Source: Mobula hypostoma (lineage: Eukaryota). Taken from it: a stretch of 64,000 nt of DNA. Under the pieces are notes generated by a model. That model had not been told where the DNA came from, ran no database searches, and saw only the letters and a program-made list of their open reading frames with translations. The stretch's first letter is position 1, and the number at the start of each line of letters is the position of its first letter. Both the position numbers and the translations under genes were made by a program. Below are positions 36,750 through 49,133 of this stretch, piece by piece. The DNA is taken from NCBI RefSeq assembly GCF_963921235.1, contig NC_086118.1:23934001-23998000 (forward strand), in the 5' to 3' direction.

Positions 36750-39440
36750 CCAGGGGCAACAGGTGGTTCCGATGGAGAATCTTGACAGACCCATTCCCCT
36801 CCTCTGGTTTCACCCAGAAAACTGGTAGGTTTGGCATCTGACTCTCCACCTCAGCCATGTCTCCCTATTCAACCGCAGACCAAATAGTGCCAATGCCCAG
36901 ATCATCTCGCTGAGCAGCTGCCACTTCCCCAGGACTCAATTCTGGCAGCTGATTTGTCTTCAGAGCAGTCAGGTTACAGTAAACGTGGTATGGCGTCATC
37001 AGAAGCCCCCAATTGGTCCACTGCTCGATTCGGCCTCTCCTCTTCCTCTGCCTTCACAGTGATGGCAAACTGACACATGACCTTCACCCCAGGGGCAGGA
37101 ACGCCCTCTCACTCCTCGTCCCTGTCCAGTCCCTCATGTACCCATCGGGACAAAGCATCTGCATCAATGTTCTGGCTCCCCGGCCGGTACTTCAGGCTGA
37201 AATCATAGGCGGACAACGCTGCCAACCATCGATGGCCAGTGGCATCCAGTTTCGCTGAGGTCAGGATATAAGTTAGGTGGTTGTTGTCTGTCCTCAGCTC
37301 AAATGTGGCCCCGTAGAGATAGTCACTCAGTTTATCCACCGTCGCCTATTTCAACGCCAGGAATTCCAACTTGTGCATGAGACAGTTTCTCTCAGAGGGT
37401 GACAAACTCCTGCTGACAAATGCCACAGGCCTCAACCTGGTGCCCTGACCCTGATACAGGGCACCCCCTAAACCCTCTCGGCTGGCATCTGTGTGCAGTA
37501 CATATGGCAATCAGGGGTCCGCAAAAGCCAGCACCCTGCGCCTGGGTCAGCAGCTCCTTCAGCGACCGAAAAGCCTCCTCACATTTTATATCCTACCTCT
37601 GTCCAAAGGGCTTTGATGGGTTTAGATATTCTCCACCTTCCTGTCCTTTTTCCCCCTCCCTTTCTTCCCCAAGGGAGGGAAACCACACAGAAGCTGATTC
37701 AAGGGGAGACTCACTTTGGTGTAGCCCTTCACGAATCTCCAATCATAACCACAGAACCCAAGAAACAAGCACAGAGCGCTCACAGTCTGGGGCCTTGGCC
37801 AAGTGGTCACCAATTTTATCTGAGCTGGGTCTGTAGCTACTCCAAGCCGTGAGATTATATGTCCAACATAGCTAACAGACGTTTTGCAGAACTGGCACTT
37901 GTCCAGGGAAAGTTTTAACCCTTCAGCTTTCAGGCGGCCGAGCACCTTCAGTAGCCTCGCTTCATGTTCTTCCAACGTGGATCCAAATACTATGAGGTCA
38001 TCCAAATACACCAACACCTCAAGCAAGTTCATATCCCCCACCGTCTTCTCTATGACCCACTGGAAAGTTGCAGGGGCTCCTAATATGCCCTGGGGCATTC
38101 TTTCAAACTGGAAGAATCCCAGGGGACATATAAAGGCTGTCTTCTCTTTGTCAGCCTCACTCATCGGGATCTGGTAATATCCACTCCTCAAATCCAGCAC
38201 ACTAAACCACTTCGCACCACTCAGACAGGCCAGCGAGTCTTCGACCCTCGGGACCATATACTGGTCAGGGACGGTGCGCCTGTTCAGAGTCCTATAGTCC
38301 ACACACATGCGTACCTTCCCGTTCTTCTTCCAGGCCACTACTACTGGGGACGCATAGGGGCTTCAGGACTCAGTGATGATCCTAGCTTCCTTTAACTTAC
38401 ACAAATGCTGCCGCACGTCTTCCATGTCTACAGGGGCCAGTCTCCATGACCTCTCTTTAAACAGGGTGTCCTCAGTCACCTGGATAGTGTGACGAGTGCT
38501 CTTGGAACAACCCACATCAAACTCACCAATGGAAAAGACATCTTCTTCTACCAGTCTCCTTTTCCAACCTGGCGGCACCGGGGAGTCCCCGAAGTTGAAT
38601 GACTCAGCGGTCAACTTTCCTCCCATTTCCAATCGTTTCTCCCCGGCATGCCTCACAGGGGCACTGGACATTACCGTGACCGGGAACAAATGCGCCAGGT
38701 CTATCCCCTGCTTGAAGGTGACCTCCCTCTTCGTAGTGTTCCTGACAATCACTGCCATCCTGCTCGCCTGTACAACTGAGGGCTTCTGAAATTTGGGCCT
38801 CACCAGTACCTCAGCCAGAAATCCCGACTCCCCCACATGGTCTTCCGGAGCGTCCACCAAGAGCGCTTCGCCCTCAGGCACTCCAGGAAATTTTGGTGTC
38901 CCCATCACTCTCGCTACTTCCACTGGCTGTACCACCATTGGCTTGGACTGGGTGAACCACACAGTCCTTCGTTTAAGTTCAGTATCCAGCCCAATGCTGC
39001 CATGCACTTCCTCAAAAGCAGCTCGAGACACTGGGTGCACGGACAATGTTCCCAAAAAAATCTCACCCGCCTTCTCCTTGCTGGCCCCCATGAGCCTTCT
39101 CACAAGAGGGGTGTTCATCCCCACCAGAATTGAAACGCTGCCCGTCTCAACAGGGTCCGGACAAACCAACACTAATGTATCAAGAACCTCAGACACTCCC
39201 ACATCGGCCTCCGAGAACTCCAGCTTCACTGACAAATAACCGTCGTATGGATAATCACCAGCACTGATACCCCAAATCTCCAGTGCACTGAATGGTGTCA
39301 AGGGTAAGTGCTTGAGATAGCTGTTGTAAAACAAACGGTACAGTAATGTGACCTGCGACCCGGTGTCAAGTATGGCTTTAGCGTATATTAGATTAGATTA
39401 TTCCCTCTATTCGTAGCAACACACTGGAGCGTGGTCCCAC
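36750..39440 (-). pseudogene. Gypsy pol remnant (PR, RT, RNase H, integrase C-terminus only)
   Basis: ILDTGSQVT ~39350-39375, RMCVDYR, LDLRSGY, YLDD (ORF 37622..38338), RTDNNHLTY, ILHRNHLLP ~36760-36785. Confidence 0.92.
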
Positions 39441-39529
39441 TAAGCCTTCAGGAATAAGGTCTTTTGCTTTCCAGAGTTCCTTGGTACATTGCTGGGAACA
39501 TGTTCTCCCAGAGACACCAGGCAGGTGCC

Positions 39530-40885
39530 TCACTGGGTCTCCTCTAAGTTTCCCGACACCTCTCCCTGCTTAGATACCCGGGTGCTCACTGTCCGAGGGG
39601 CTTCCTGCCGCTCACATTCCCGCTGGAAGTGTCCCTCTTCCCCACAGTTCTAGCACACGCTACCGGCCGCCCCTCTTCTCTCGGAACCCTGGCCACCCGC
39701 AGCCCTCTGCGTAGTCCATCCCCTTGGGTGGGGGCCCTCTTTACCTGTCCCATCATATGGAGGGTCCACACCCGCTGTTAACACCCAGGACATCTCAGTG
39801 CTCAGCTCTGCCACCATCTCCTTTACCATTACTTGGGTTGGGCTGGCCCCGGTCACTTCACCACAAGGGGCTACTACCGAGGACTATACCCTGCTGACGG
39901 CGTTCTCCTCCTCCCACACCTCTCTGAATAGCTGAACAAATGAAGGAGCGGGGTGCAGTTTACAGGACTGCTGGAGATCCCAAGCAATCATGTCCTGGGG
40001 TTGGGTGCCCTTGGCTATCTGGTCCATCCTTAACTGATCCACCTCAGTCACCTGAATGACCGCACCGTCCCCCCCCCCCCAGCGCCAAAAACAACTTAGC
40101 TGTCTCTCTAGCTGAAAAATGTACACGGAAAGCTTCTCCCCCTTCTCCTGACACATGTTTTGAAACCACCCCCCAAGGAGCTCCAATGTGCTCCCTGTCA
40201 TACCAAACGCACTCTAATGCATCTAGATACTCAGCAAGGGAAGCAGAGGGCTGGTTAACTGTCACGCTTCTTACCACGTCAGCCGCCAACCCCCTCAAAC
40301 TTTCAGCCAATCTCTGTGGCTTTTCATCATCAGAAAACTGCCACTCATCTAACAACTGAGAAGTCTGCTCCACCCACGTCTCACACTCCTCTTCCCCCTC
40401 CAGGGTGGGCATTATTCCAAAGAAAATTCTTAGCTTCTGGTGGAGACCCTGTCACTCTTCACTGGGGGACGGTGACTAATTAAACTTTCCAAATCTGACC
40501 ACTATTTCCCCTCATTCCTCAGAAACAATAGAACCCTGTCTCTGAAATCTCCACCCCCAACTGCGGGCAACTCAGCTTGTGACCCAGCCTGCTGTGCTCC
40601 CTTCTCCTCCTCCCTGACAGTATGGACACCTGGGGCACCGATAAACATGGGCAGTCCCACCGCCATTACGTCAGTGCTAGTCTGAACTAAAACAAGGTCT
40701 GAACCTGCCATTTTATCAAACTTTCGTGCTACAATTTCAACTTTGCCAACAGCTTTAACCATACTCAAAAATCAAATTAACAATTTATTCGGGGTACGAA
40801 TATCCACCCCACTCAACATGCACGCATTAATTACCGGCAATCCTGCAGAGGCACACCAGTGCTGTACCCCAGCAGCATCCATACC
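39530..40885 (-). pseudogene. Gypsy gag, PNMA-like, with decayed CCHC knuckle
   Basis: EEECETWVEQTSQLLDEWQ...LAESLRGLAADVV, QEKGEKLSVYIFQLE, C*NCGEEGHFQREC at ~39615-39660. Frameshifted. Confidence 0.85.
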
Positions 40886-40938
40886 AGCACAGATTTACAG
40901 ATTTAAACAGGGCAATCACACAGCATCCAACGGAATCA

Positions 40939-40956
40939 ATCCCAGATAAACCCCCA
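40939..40956 (-). promoter_or_regulatory. Primer-binding site, degenerate tRNA-Pro type
   Basis: TGGGGGTTTATCTGGGAT matches TGGGGGCTCGTCCGGGAT at 14/18 positions and lies next to the 5' LTR. Confidence 0.7.
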
Positions 40957-40960
40957 CAAC

Positions 40961-41555
40961 TGTAACCCTCAGCTTGGCCAGCTCGCGTTCGTCTAGGGGA
41001 ATCAGACTTCGGACCCGCCAAACTAGGTAATCACGTTTGTGTGGATGCTGTGTAATGTACCCCCAGTTACAAACCCACAGTGCAAAATATCAGACAGAAC
41101 ACCATATGCAATTAAATGATAAACTTTATGAATCTTTACCAGAAAATAGGGTTAGTAATGAAAATAAACAAAACAAAAAAAGGGCCCAAGTCAAAATCAA
41201 AAGTTCCCGTTGGAGCTCACTCAGTAGTCATTCTTCCACCATCGGTCTCCTCTGAATCTCGCCGACCTTCGGACCCTCAGATCCCAATCCACTCCATCCG
41301 GTGGTCTACCAGCTCTCTCCACACGCGTCCACCCTCTTCATCTCTCCTCGACTAAAGACCACGAAAAACCCGGCTCCCAGACACACAAGAAAGAACAACA
41401 TTTCTCCCATTGGACAGCCACTGAATTCCAAAGTCCCGTTATCTCTAGTCATAACCCAAACATTGCTGCCACAGAGGAACCATTACTTTAGCAGTGGAAC
41501 ATTACATAGAAGCCATTACATTAGCCTTAGCAGTGAAACCTTACAGCATTTAACA
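40961..41555 (-). repeat. 5' LTR
   Basis: TGTAAC...TTAACA. Direct repeat of 35524-36120 with scattered substitutions. Confidence 0.95.
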
Positions 41556-42409
41556 TAGGTTCACCCCATGATGGCGTGAGTTTCCCCTTGGTGCTCCAGT
41601 TCCCTCACACAGTCCAAAGACATACCAGTTGGTAGGTTGATGGCCATTATAAATTATCTCTTGATTAGTTCAGGATTAAATCAGGCGATTGCTGGGTGGT
41701 GTGGCTCGAAGGACCAGAAGGGTCTATTCCATGCTTTATCTCAATAAATAAATAAATAGGTTCTTCTTACAATGCCAGTTAACCAGCCAGTCCATCTCAC
41801 TTCTATATGCCACTTCATCCTGATGTAAAACAAACTATATTTGCAACAGGATACAATGTGCCAAAATTAATTATGCTAGAAAATGTTCCATTCTTCTCTT
41901 AATTATTTGTTTCTGATGTCCTGTTTTAAATTTAATTTGACCAACTTCCTCGGATTGTTTCAATCCTCTTAAAGCTTTAAATAAAGAGAAATCTTAGATT
42001 AATAGGTAATCTTAAATGGAAATTCCTGTCAAGCCTTCTCATTTACTTGAGATATGTAATGGTCGCACATTAGGCCATGTATTCCCTAGACTGAGAGAAC
42101 AACCTCACAAGCCCATAAGGGACGAGACTTGTAAAGAAGGTGCACCACTTGGTACATTTGTTTAATGTAAACACATCATGTCGTCAGAGGGCATTGCGAT
42201 GTCAACACATATTCTTTGAAGAAAGTACCAGATGTACAGTTCCTTGGTATTACAAGTGGAAAATTAATACTTTTACGAACTCCTGTGACTTGTAACAGCT
42301 GTTGTCGGTAGACCTTGCATGCACTTCCAACAACAACCCATCTAAGCCCATGTTAGAGATAGATTATGTGGGGTAACATAAAGTTGAAAGCAAGCCCCAC
42401 TAATAATCA

Positions 42410-42605
42410 TCTCAGGTGCCAATAACTTTCTTCAATATCTCCCAATGTGTGGGCATGTTATGCTGGTCCCAGATGCACGGCAGTGCTTGGAAGATGCACA
42501 TACCACATCCTCTGAAAGTGTTGGTTGTTGACACAACAAACACATTTCACTGTATGTTTCAACGTTTTGATGTATGTACATGGACAAATAGAACTAATCT
42601 TTAGA
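42410..42605 (+). mobile_element. Degenerate SINE/LINE 3' fragment
   Basis: CATTTCACTGTATG...ACAAATAGAACTAATCTT resembles a retroposon tail. Family not resolved. Confidence 0.35.
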
Positions 42606-43061
42606 GTCTCTATCTTTTAACAGTTCCCTGATTGCACTTACAAAAGTGTTTGTCTCTTTGTGCACTTCCTGGATTATAAAATTGATCGGGCCTCCTGGCG
42701 CATAATTTCCAGAACTTTAATTCTCACCATCTCGCCTCCATCCCTTTCTCATTAACACCTGTCACCCTTCCTGAAGCAGCTAAGTGGTTGTGTGAAGTTA
42801 GCATATTTTACGTGTCTCTGCATGGGTTTCCTATGGGTGGCATGTTTCTAGGTTAATTAACCACCATAACGTGCATCTAGTCTGTGGGTGAGTGGTAGAA
42901 TCTGGGTGGAGGGGAAGCGACTGGGAAACTAACGAGAATGTAGGGAGAAAAGAACTAGAGTTAATTAGTGTAAACGGGCTCTCAGTGGTTAGCATGGACT
43001 TGGTGCTTCCGATTTATGACTGGTTACCAATGGAAATAATCAGGCAATCAGACATGCCCAT

Positions 43062-43579
43062 TGTTATAGATTAATGCCATGAAATAACAGACAGCACACT
43101 GCATATGGTTAAAGGAATTATATTTATGAATCTTAACTAAAGGGTTAGTAAAGAATAACAAAAAGAAATGGGCCCTTTCTAATTAAACAGTGAAATGTGC
43201 ACAAGTTGGAGCTCATCTTGTATCCTCTGTCACTCCTGCGCTGGGCCCTCGGTCAACGTGGAAGCACGCAACGCCTTCCGAATGTTGCGTGCAATCCATC
43301 TCGAGCAAACGGGCCTCTCACCGGATTGTATGCTACGACCGGTTCTCCCCAGCGTCTTCTCTCTTCATTTCCTCTTGAACAAAAGTTCCAAGCCCAGCTT
43401 TACTGTCCCTCACCAGAGAAACCTCCCCTTAATCGGACCATCCTAATTGGATGGCACACATTTCTCCTCTCTCTTCAATAGTAACCCAACCATAAGCTGA
43501 AAACAAGCAGCTCGCACAGAACAGCACATAATGAAATACATACAGCATAACAGTAAAAAAAATGAACCAGTGCATTACA
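43062..43579 (-). mobile_element. Solo LTR related to the Gypsy LTR at 35524
   Basis: TGTTA...TTACA termini. Shares TTTATGAATCTTAAC, AGGGTTAGTAA and GTTGGAGCTCA with those LTRs. No clear TSD. Confidence 0.72.
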
Positions 43580-43989
43580 TAAGGATAATGAAAGGATGTT
43601 TCATCAGAATTTAGGATACTTGGAGAGCTGATTATTAGATTCATTCTCCTGCAAGAATATTGAGTGACTGGTTTCAGGATATAATGTGTTCATATATGCC
43701 ACTGCAGTGTTGGGGATTGGATAAAATAACAAATTCTACACTGTATTTAGGTGTGATTTTATAAACAATTATAAAGAACAGGCTTTCTCATCTTATTTGA
43801 AAATTAAAAGAATTATAAGTATATTTTTGATAGACTGATGCACATTGTGAAATATTGAAGGAATCATTCAGGGTATTAGGATACAAGTCTAAGTTGTTTT
43901 AATAATTCATGAGTTCACAAAGTTCTAAGCTGTGCCCTGCTCCTGATATAAACTGAAAGCAATGATGTGGTTGAACAATCATCCCTTAC

Positions 43990-44197
43990 ATTGTGGAATT
44001 CTCTGCCACAGGAAACAGTTGAGGCCAGTTCATTGGCTATATTTAAGAGGGAGTTAGATATGGCCCTGTATGGAGAGAAGGCAGGTACAGGGTTCTGAGT
44101 TGGATGATCAGCCATGAACATACTGAATGGCGGTGCAGGCCCGAAGGGCCGAATGGCCTACTCCTGCACCTATTTTCTATGTTTCTGTGTTTCTATG
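43990..44197 (+). mobile_element. CR1 3' fragment (same subfamily as 21085-22732)
   Basis: Close match to 22514-22730 with a small internal deletion. Confidence 0.92.
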
Positions 44198-47009
44198 TCA
44201 TCACTGCGTCGTCAGAGCCAAGCAGTCTGTTGACATTCTTGAAACAGAGGCTCTTACTAACAATATAAAAGTCTTCTGACCTTTCCATTTGCGGCAAAAA
44301 AGAAGCTTAATTCTGTCAAATTTCCTCCAAGAAACACTGTCACAGGTAAAGTATTACTATTTTAAACAAGAAGAAACACTCTAGAAAGACCAAAAAAATG
44401 GCAAAACTAAAATTCCATTCCTTTGCTCCTTAGTTTTCTAACCTGTTAATAGCCATCTCCTTCAGCTCCCACAGCTGTGTACAATTGTATGATCACTGGA
44501 CTCTCTTGAAACAGGCTGTCAATGAAATAGCACCAACAAGTCAGTGTGCACTTAACAGATTTATTTATTTGTTGATATACTTTTCTCCCACAAACTCTTT
44601 TCAATGTTTTAAGTTTACAATGTGCTGAGATCTTTTAACTGATCTTGCATTACAAGTGCAAAGGCAGTCTGCAAACAGGCTAAAGTTATTATTGTGTGAT
44701 TAAGAAAAAATGCTGATGCAGATTAAGTGACTGTGAGAGTATATAATGGCAATTTACCAGAAACAGTTAACTTTGCTGGCAAGCTTAAAAAGAGCTTTTG
44801 ACGGTGGCAATTAAATGTCACACTTAAAATAGGAAGCCACTGAACTGGAAAGCAGTAGGCAGTAGCAACTCTGAAACAAAAGCCAACTGAGGCCAACAAT
44901 TTTGGGAAAGAATACAGAATCTCCCTATACTGTTTGATTTATTGCTTGTGATATTATGCATTCGACTGTAACAACCCACAGTGAGGCGGCGCTGAGCTGT
45001 GTGACCTGCAAAAATAAGTCAATTAACCTTAATCAATCTCCCATTATCCTCTTTCACCCACAATTTAGCTGGTACAGAACAGCTATGTCTTGCTGCTCTG
45101 CTCCAAACAATCCTATTGTCTTACCCCTGCTCAGCCTCCATGAATAGGAAGTGGCTTCTTCACAGCAGTGAAATTACTACTGGTTTAAAAACGCTTTCAT
45201 CTTCTAATGAGAAATGGAGGATTGTTTTCAGTGTGAATTAACAGACGCTAATTGAGGCTGGGTACTGGTATAGAGTGCTGTGCATTTCAGGTCTAGCTCA
45301 GAATGGTTCCCAGAACATCTGACAGGAATCACCCAGCAGTTGGCCAATGGTTTTACAATACTTCCTGTTGTAATTAATCAGCACATCCATTCAGCTTAAG
45401 TAGTTTAGTACAGCACCAAATTATTCACTTAATCGAGGTTTTATTTGCCCATTTTGTGCCTAGAAGCATTGTGTTCGTGTATTCTTTTCTCTTATTGTTG
45501 GGTGAGAGAACTAATTAATATAGGTTGAAGTCAGGATCAATGTCTTATAATGAAGTAGACCTCCAAGTATTTACATGAGAATTTGTAATTCATCCAAGAA
45601 AAGAAATAGCTTTTAATACATCATATGCTTAATAATGTGCCCAGGACATTTCATGCTCATTTCTTTTCTTCCTCCTTTTGGTCTTTAAACTTTTTACAAA
45701 GTTTGAACTGCTGTTTGAGAGACTATACATCTACTGTTCAAAGTTTCCAAAATTCTTTATAAATACCAATAGCCAAAGCAAACTAGGAGTACACAAGGGA
45801 AGGAGAATTTGAATGCTGTTTCCTTTTAGCATTATGCGACTGAAATTGGCTGTACCCGGATTAAAACACAGCCAATCCCAATTCTGTGTCATTCTGTATC
45901 AGTATAAGAAATGACCAGACACCTTCCTGAGTGATAAACAATTTATTGTCTCACAGGAGTTTAATGTGAAGAAATTTGACCACATTTTGACCAGGAGTAA
46001 CCATAACCAAGACAAGCAAGTATAGAAAAAGTTGAAGGGTAATTGACATAACTATTCCTTTCTCCACAGATGCCCTTGATTTGCTGAGTGTTTCTAACAT
46101 TTTCTGGTTTTATTCTTAATACTGCGTCACCAAATTAATCTCCATACTGACCTTTACCCATTTAACTACTACCAAACATCAAACTCCCCTCCCCCAACAG
46201 CTTTTAATTCCTGATCCATCAAGACCCAGACCCAATCCTTCTAATGTCAGATCCTCAGCCTATCCCCCCATTATCTTCTTCAATCACACTCAACCTCGTA
46301 ACAGGATATCAGACAGAATCATTGCCAACATTGCAGCAGCCTTTCATCATTCGCCTGAATTCACAGCCAAATATTCCAATGTAGTGAAACAATTATTACT
46401 ATTTGAAGCGATTATTACTACTTGAACCACCTCTCTCACTGACTAGCAGCAGATATTATAGATCAGAACCCCACTGACCAGGAACATGTGGACAGAGCAG
46501 TAGGCAAGGCACCAGGGTGAATGCAGCTCAGACTTATGCACATACTGCAAGAAGATGTCTTTGGAGGTATGGAGGCAACAGAAAAGTGTGCAGGGTATGG
46601 ACAGAGCGAAAGGCTGTGTCCATTTTGCATCTATGAGTCTGTGCCTGTGTTTGTAAAAGGGTAGGGTTTTTCATGACAGACGCTGGGAAGCATGAGTTTC
46701 ATTTTGCTATGTTCCCCTGTACCAGGACTGTCACTCTGGAATGATGCATTCCAAGGGCAAGTCCAGTGAAGTTCTTATATGAGCGCTCACGATCATTCTG
46801 CCGCACACTGAGCGCAGAGGAGATTACATTGTGAATATCAAATGCAGTACAACTGAGAGAAGTAAAACAACTTAATCACTGCCTGTTTGTGTCCCTGGAT
46901 GGCAGGCTTGTGATGGGGGGAGGTTTGTAGGTGAGCCATGAAACAACAGATGGTACAAATTCTGTGACTGCTTTGGAGCAGAAGTTTAGACTGAGGAACC
47001 ACAAGGGTT

Positions 47010-47150
47010 ACCCTGAACTTCCTGTGTCCTGCGACCTTAATTCTCAATTTTATTCCATTTTGGCCTGTTGGTCTGTGACCTCCTGCACAGTCACAATGAG
47101 GGTCAATGTAAACCTAAGGAAAACCCTCCAGTTTCTGTCTGGAAGAAGAC
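47010..47150 (+). mobile_element. Highly decayed PLE GIY-YIG C-terminal remnant
   Basis: PELPVSCDLNS and the following sequence weakly resemble PVATHFNS...HGLHY at 58270. Confidence 0.35.
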
Positions 47151-47916
47151 CAGAGCAAGTCTTACTTACGAAGCCTATGAAGCTGCAGGAAGACGGAGCC
47201 AGTCCCAATTTTGCCAGTTCTTCTGCTGTCATGTATTCAAAATGTTTCTGAATGCCCCTGACATTTACACAAAAAATGTTAAGAATTATATGTAAAAATG
47301 CAATAACCTAAAACAGTTTTAAACAGTTATAAACATGACTGCAGATGCAACCAGCTAAGCAGATAGAATAATAGAGAGTGATGCAGCACAGAATTAGGTG
47401 CTTTAGGCCAACAACTCTCCTCCAAACATCAACATCCTTTTACACTCATCCAACATGAATACCATTCTTTTATTCTCTCATATTCTTCTCAAATCTCCTG
47501 AGATTTGACAATTCATATACAGACTTAAGGCAATTACAAATGGCCAATTAACCCATCAATCCGCAAGTGTTCGGGACATGAGAGCAAATTAGAGTGCCCC
47601 AAAGGATTACACGTGTTGATAGGGAGAGCATCATCATCATCATAAGGTGCCGTGCCCAGTTTGAGCCATGGCCCACACACTCCTGTTTCGAGTCAAGTGG
47701 ATCAATTCATTGGTATTCATTTCCAGTTCTCTGGCTGCTGTCTCCAACATCATTTGTCTTCGTCTTCCTCTTCTTTTCTTCCCTTCAATCTTTCCCATGA
47801 TTGCTGTGCATTCTAACTCCTCTTTCCTAATCACATGTCCAATGAAGTTACAAACAACACACATAGATGTTCCTGGAGAATGCAGCAGGCCAGACAGCAT
47901 CTCTAAGAAGAGGTAC

Positions 47917-47952
47917 AGTCGACGTTTCGGGCCGAGACCCTTTGTCAGGACT
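47917..47952 (-). ncRNA. Minimal hammerhead motif (G8 changed to A)
   Basis: - strand AGTC-CTGACAA-AGGGTCTCGGCCC-GAAAC-GTC-GACT. Confidence 0.7.
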
Positions 47953-48007
47953 AACTGAAAGAAGAGCGAGTAAGAGTAGAAATCTCTTACTAGCTCTTCT
48001 TTCAGTT

Positions 48008-48043
48008 AGTCCTGATGAAGGGTCTCGGCCCGAAATGTCGACT
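48008..48043 (+). ncRNA. Minimal hammerhead motif
   Basis: AGTC-CTGATGA-AGGGTCTCGGCCC-GAAAT-GTC-GACT. Confidence 0.75.
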
Positions 48044-48927
48044 GTACCTCTTCCTAGAGATGCTGCCTGGCCTGCTGCATTCACCAGCAACTTTTATGTG
48101 TGTTGCTTGAAATTCCAGCATCTACAGATTTCCTCGTGTTTCCAATGAAGTTACGTTGCCTTTTCATGATTTCATACATTATTTCTCTTTTTGTGTTTGC
48201 TCTGTTCATGACATACTCATTACATATTTGTTTCGTTCATGATGCTCTTTGTATCCTCCTCAAAAACCACATCTCTGCTGCTTCAATTCATTTCCTCATG
48301 TTACTAAATACTGTTCAACATTCTGACCATGCAATCTTCATAAAGACCAAAGTTAGGATTTGACATGGGTTTTTCGCCGTTCTTCCTCAAAAATATAACA
48401 GCTTCATCAAGATGATCAGATAGTGGACCAAGTCTAACCTGGACAGGATCATCAAGTAGGTTCCTCAGCATAATTACTGGAGAGCTTTGGTAAGTCTGCT
48501 CTCCACTGTTGCCTTCATGCAGAGGCCTGCAATGCAGCTGGAATCTTTCAGCAAGATTGGGAATTCGGCACAGGACTCTCAGCATTTACCACCAGAATTC
48601 AACCTTCCACTGCTGTGTTCGGAACCATTACTCAGTCAATAAGAATTTGACTCCTTTGGGAACCCTTAGGAAATGGATACCCTTCAGGTATGTCATCAAT
48701 TCTCAGAGTTTAACAAAACCACACATATAGTTAATGTTAATTATAATTTGTAGTTGGTGTTTTAAAACCAGCCCTGACTACAAATTCACTATAATTCCTT
48801 TACTTTTTTGCACATTTGCTTCTGGGAGAAATATTAGACTTCGCAAGATTATTATTTTCCTCAATGCGTATTCTACTTTAGCTTCCAAGTGAATGAATAT
48901 AAGAAGTTCAGATATCTAAGAGTGCTA

Positions 48928-49133
48928 GCCGTGTGGAACGAGCTTCCAGCAGAAGTGGTTGAGGCAGGTTCGATGTTGTCATTTAAAATTAAATTGGATA
49001 GATATATGGACAGGAAAGGAATGAAGGGTTATGGGCCAAGTGCAGGTTGGTGGGACTAGGTGAGAGTAAGAGTTCAGCATGGACTAGAAGGGCCGAGATG
49101 GCCTGTTTCCGTGCTGTAATTGTTATACGGTTA
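48928..49133 (+). mobile_element. CR1 3' fragment
   Basis: VWNELPAEVVEAGSMLSFKIKLDRYM, then AAGGGCCGAGATGGCCTGTT. Confidence 0.85.

Larger units (their letters stand above)
35524..41555 (-). mobile_element. Ty3/Gypsy LTR retrotransposon, two LTRs, decayed, integrase core deleted
   Basis: Direct-repeat LTRs, PBS, PPT and gag-PR-RT-RH remnants. Imperfect 4-bp TSD TATG/TAGG. Confidence 0.95.
35436..41758 (+). mobile_element. HE1-like V-SINE split by the Gypsy element (35436-35523 and 41556-41758)
   Basis: Head ...AAGGAGTTTGTATG resumes as TTCACCCCATG...GGTGCTCCAGTTCCC after the right LTR. Confidence 0.85.
47852..48140. mobile_element. 289-bp palindromic PLE pLTR insert with two opposed hammerhead motifs
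   Basis: 14-bp TSD TCCAATGAAGTTAC at 47838-47851 and 48141-48154. Arms ~47852-47976 and 47984-~48108 around the loop TAGAAAT. Confidence 0.92.
47628..48360 (-). mobile_element. RTE-clade LINE 3' fragment, split by the palindromic insert
   Basis: FIGHVIRKEELECTAIMGKIEGKKRRGRRR. (ATG)n tail. MWFLRRIQR is readable on the - strand at ~48247-48273. Confidence 0.88.

Noticed and set aside
35524..41555. Endogenous retrovirus (tRNA-Pro PBS)
   Set aside because: RT motifs and gag are Ty3/Gypsy-type and no env is visible.
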